A DNA stretch of 64,000 nucleotides from Octopus bimaculoides (lineage: Eukaryota): contig NC_068981.1 in NCBI RefSeq assembly GCF_001194135.2, forward strand, positions 197,163,886 through 197,227,885, in the 5' to 3' direction. This document shows positions 60,087-64,000 of the stretch, in pieces (position 1 is the first letter of the stretch; each line of letters opens with the position of its first letter). The position numbers were made by a program, and so were the translations under genes. Below the pieces are notes generated by a model. It was given only the letters and a program-made list of their open reading frames with translations, had not been told where the DNA came from and searched no databases.

Positions 60087-60995
60087 TTGGGTCATCCCAT
60101 AAATAATTGCATGAACTAAAAGTCAGAGGGGGACGAGATAAACTACCTGCATCAACTTGCTACAAAAGCAGGTAGTAATTTTACCTTGTCCTTATTTTTA
60201 TTGCAAATTTTGAAGAGTGCAGTTCAATTTTAACAATTATTTTTTCAAAGCTATAATGGAAGTGACAAAGGAGCATATTCGGCATATTTTGCTTTATGAG
60301 TTCAATAAAGGCAACAACGCAATGGAATGTGTGAGGAATATTAATGCAGTACATGAGGATTGGACAATAAGCATAAGCCAATGTCAACGGTGGTTCCAGA
60401 AATTCCAAGTTGGAAACTACAGCCTAGAAGATGAGCCTCATCCTGGAAGATTTGTAGAGCTTAATGAGAACATCCTGCAAACTTTGGTGGAACAAAATCC
60501 CATCGTAACTGTTGAGGAACTAGCAGAGAAACTTGGATTTGGTCTTTCAACCATTCATTGACACCTGCGTGCCATCGGAAAAGTCATCAAATAGAGTTAA
60601 TGGGTTCCTCACAAACTTTCTGAGTCTAATGCTTGGCCACATACAGCAAGGATGACATTCCAAAGGCTGGAACAGTATGAATGGGAAACAATGCCCCATC
60701 CACCATATCACTGGACATTGCCCCATCTGATTATTATATATTCTGCAGTCTTCAAAATCATTTGGATGAAAAATATGAATTCTGTAGACAGGTCAGAACA
60801 GTACCTGGGGAGTATTTTTCATGATGGACAAGCGAATTTTGGAAGAGGGGCCTTGCAAGTTTACATGATAGATAGAAGAGCATGGTAGAAATTGAAGGAG
60901 AGTATATTTTAGATTAAAAAAAGAACTTTGTTTATCTTGATTTTGAAAAATAAAAGAAGTATAGCAAAACTGCATTATTTAATGGGATGACCCAA
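60087..60995 (+). mobile_element. Mariner element with both TIRs, internally deleted transposase pseudogene
   Basis: TA|TTGGGTCATCCCATAAATAAT ... ATTATTTAATGGGATGACCCAA|TA; MEVTKEHIRHILLYEF..WFQKF..LEDEPHPGR..WVPHKL..PHPPY..APSDY. Confidence 0.92.
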
Positions 60996-61699
60996 TACAT
61001 GCTTCACAATATGCAAACATTTAATACTAATCACCAAACACTTCTCAACCAATCATAGATTTCATGTGATAATTATAAGAAATGATGCAAAAGTTAGCTA
61101 TAAACGACACCAACAGAAGAATTGATATAATGTCATGTTGTATACACAAGAACAAATTCATTTAAAAAATTGGTCTGAACTGCAAACATGGTAAATATCT
61201 AAAATTTAATAGAATCAGAAATAGCAGCTGAGGTACGATATTGTCAAGTCTAACCAAACAACAAAATAAAGGAACAAAAGATGGCAATTTAGAGACATCA
61301 GATACAAAAATAAATACTGAGTAATATTTACACAATACAACAGAATATATATATATATATGATATATATATATATACATAAATATATATATATAGAGAGA
61401 GAAATGTAGGCAAATCAGCAACAGAATAAACAAAAGTTAGCAAACCAGGATATGAAATAGTTATGAGAGACCAACCAGCAATTTGGTTTGTGAAAAATGA
61501 TAACATGATAATGATCAATAAATGCTGACAGATTACTGACAATCCGGACATTATATTGAGATTAACCAATGAAAACAGAACAACCAGCAAAGTGACAAAT
61601 AAAAAAAAACAAAACTGCACAAAAACAAAGACCACCTTAACAAAATAATAGGAATTGGTCATTGGTCAATGAAGGCCATAGCCACTCACGAATGAACCC

Positions 61700-61932
61700 G
61701 CTTACTCTTGTACTTGTTTCAGTCATTAGACTGCGACCATGTTGGGCACTACCTAGAAAAGATATTAGTCGAACAGATTGATCCTAGTACCTTTTTTCTA
61801 AGCCTAGAACTTATCATATCGGACATGTTTGCTAAACTGCTAAGTTACCTGGATGTAAGACAGCAACACCAGTTGTCAAGCAGGGGTGGGGTGGGGCAAC
61901 AAATACAGACACAAAAATACACACACACATGC

Positions 61933-61969
<37 letters not shown>

Positions 61970-61986
61970 TATATATATACATACAT

Positions 61987-62018
<32 letters not shown>

Positions 62019-62400
62019 TCTTTTATTTGTTTCAGTCATTTGAAGACGCCATGCTGGAGCACTGCCTTTAGTCGAACAAATCAACACCAGGATTTATTCT
62101 TTGTAAGCCTAGTACTTATTCTGTCGGTCTTTGTTGCCGGACCGCTAATGTTATTGGGAGCGTAAACACACAAACATTAGTTGTCAAGTGATGCTGGGAG
62201 TACAAACACAGACACAATACACACACACACACACATATACGACAAGCTTCTTTCAGTTTCTATCTACTAAATCTACTCACAAGGCTTTGGTTGGTCTGAG
62301 GCTATAGTAGAAGATGCTTGTCTGAAGTGCCATGCAGTGGGACTGAACCCAGAACCACATGGTTGGGAAACAAGCTTCTTACCACACAGCCACTCTTGTG
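61700..62400 (-). mobile_element. tRNA-derived SINE family B (two adjacent copies; representative)
   Basis: Head ggagtggctgtgtggtaag..gttcagtcccactgc..ttgggcaag, internal (TA/CA)n, tail ..cagcatggccgcagtcaaatgactgaaacaagtaaaag. Also about 303-520, 680-840, 5460-5645, 12200-12370, 12970-13270, 14470-14580, 32800-33195, 37740-37895, 48270-48430, 49470-49685, 50255-50420, 52420-52560, 56985-57265. Confidence 0.8.
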
Positions 62401-62405
62401 CCTAT

Positions 62406-62473
<68 letters not shown>

Positions 62474-62859
62474 TATGCATATACAACAGGGGCTTCTTTC
62501 AGTTTGTGTCTAGCAAATCTCAGAACCATGTGCTACTCTTTATAAAAATTAAAATACATTAACAAAGAGAAGCCGTGCACAGCAATTTAGGACAAATAAA
62601 AATGTGCAACGCATCTTCTGAACATGCATTTATTTGTAAAAATGCAATTAAGTCCCACATTTTAAAATAAACACCTTGGTTAAACCAAATGTCTTTCTGT
62701 GTAACTAAAAAAACATACAGCGATGACTAATTTTAAATTTCTGTTTAAATCTCCTTAGAGAGAGAGTGTTCATTTCCTGTCCACAGTTATTTATAGAACA
62801 TGCAAAACTCCAGTATTTCTTGTGCACTTACTATTTATGGTTATCCAACAGCAATTCTT

Positions 62860-63090
62860 CCCCACCCCTTTTTAGCATATCAAGTATGGTAACTTCCCAT
62901 TTAGCTGTAGAATCCTGTAGTCTTTGGTAAGACTGCTAGATTTACTTTTAAATCTATTCATTCTGGATTCTGCTCTCACATACAAAAGTCTGCCTCTCCT
63001 TCTTTGGCTATGAGAACTTGGTCATCAGAATACAGAAGTTCCCATTAACATGCAATTCTATATCTCTCTTGTAGTCTTGAGAACTATTAA
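62860..63090 (-). mobile_element. RTE LINE RT fragment
   Basis: Remnants of WELLYSDD.VLIA..ES..KVNLA.TK..GK.P..IC.KGVG.N. Confidence 0.6.
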
Positions 63091-63149
63091 AATAATGAGG
63101 AGATGGGGGGGGGGTCAGTAACCAAGCTCTAAGGAAAATATAAAAAAAA

Positions 63150-63838
63150 AAATAAATGCGCCCTTTTAAAGCCTAACCAGGCTCATGGGCTGCCATAATC
63201 CTTGCCTTCAGTTCATCTTTGGTGTTACAAGGAGTTTTGTTGGTCTCTCACTCAACTGCGACCCACACATAATAATCCAGGGGGTTGCAGTCTGGGGAGT
63301 TAGGTGACCAAGTGTTAGGGGTGGTGTGCTCGCAGAAATTGTCTGACAGCCAAGACTGGGTTCTTCTGCTTGTGTGACAGGGTGCAGAGTCCTGTTGCCA
63401 GACATAGGGTCTTCCAGCAGCCACCCTCTTCATCCTGGACAGCACTACCTCCTCCAGGTACTTGATGTAGGCCTCCGTGTTGAGTGTGAGGCTGTGTGGG
63501 AAGATGAATGGAGGCATAACGTCGCCATCGCTAGTGATCACTCTGAACACCATGATGTTGCCTGGATGTTTGATTTTTATTAATCTCGGTACATGTCCTC
63601 AGACTGACACCCAAACATTCTGAAATGTTCATATTGGAGCTTCTGATGTGAATACCAAGCGGTACAGCATATCGTTTCCAAGTTTCTGGCAGAGTGTATT
63701 GCGTCATGGGGCTGTTTTTCTCACAGACGGTGCCCAACTGAACTTACACTATTGTATAGTTGACAAAATCAAAAACAAACAATGCGCACGCACAAAACTG
63801 TGAGTATAAAATGGCGATAACTTACCCATCGCACCCTG
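63150..63838 (-). mobile_element. DD37D (maT) element, internally deleted
   Basis: RPYVWQQDSAPCHTS..WSPNSPDCNPLDYYVW (D-37-D); 5' end CAGGGTGCGATGGG shared with 43284. Confidence 0.88.
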
Positions 63839-64000
63839 ATTGTATCTATGTATGTATATGTGCAGATTCCTATTTTTTTATTTTAAGTATATATTCTTAT
63901 GCATATAGTTACATATCTAGACATGCTCATATATATTTAAATGATAAACTTCTGGAAAGTTTTACAGATTTTTACAGTTCCAGTGATGGATTGGATCTAT

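Noticed and set aside
63821-63829. ATGG|gtaag as an alternative CENP-K start
   Set aside because: It is part of the maT terminal sequence, also present at 43284
55850-64000. A divergent coding gene (e.g. PPWD1, the vertebrate head-to-head neighbour of CENPK)
   Set aside because: No exon with recognisable WD40/cyclophilin or other protein similarity; the region is explained by repeats and transposon fragments

Overview
Eukaryotic, AT-rich, repeat-dense draft scaffold with 8 N-gaps. The repeat landscape looks like Octopus; this is inference from repeat families, not provable here. Two convergent, intron-rich genes can be reconstructed by hand from GT-AG exons with consistent phases; the ORF track shows them only in fragments. 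(1) + strand, 928-23875: the last 9 coding exons (441 aa; the 5' part lies upstream of the window) of a MOV10/Armitage-like UPF1-family SF1 RNA helicase. Its ATP-handling motifs are intact, but motifs Ia, III, IV and V are unusually substituted, and it ends in a lysine-rich tail. (2) - strand, 54898-31518: a complete 10-exon, 252-aa CENP-K kinetochore gene with CHR/E2F-like promoter motifs. The rest is mobile DNA: about 30 copies of an RTE-LINE 3' end with a (GAT)n tail, several tRNA-SINE families, RTE/HERO/CR1-L2-like LINE fragments, mariner and DD37D (maT) transposons, a Merlin element, hAT-, piggyBac- and Tc1-type MITEs, and microsatellites. The most interesting signal is a tRNA-headed SINE carrying a minimal Penelope-type hammerhead ribozyme (28601-28800 and 36540-36741). 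A third, palindromic insertion of the same family (46750-46882) has a forward arm that starts within 1 nt of the predicted self-cleavage site.
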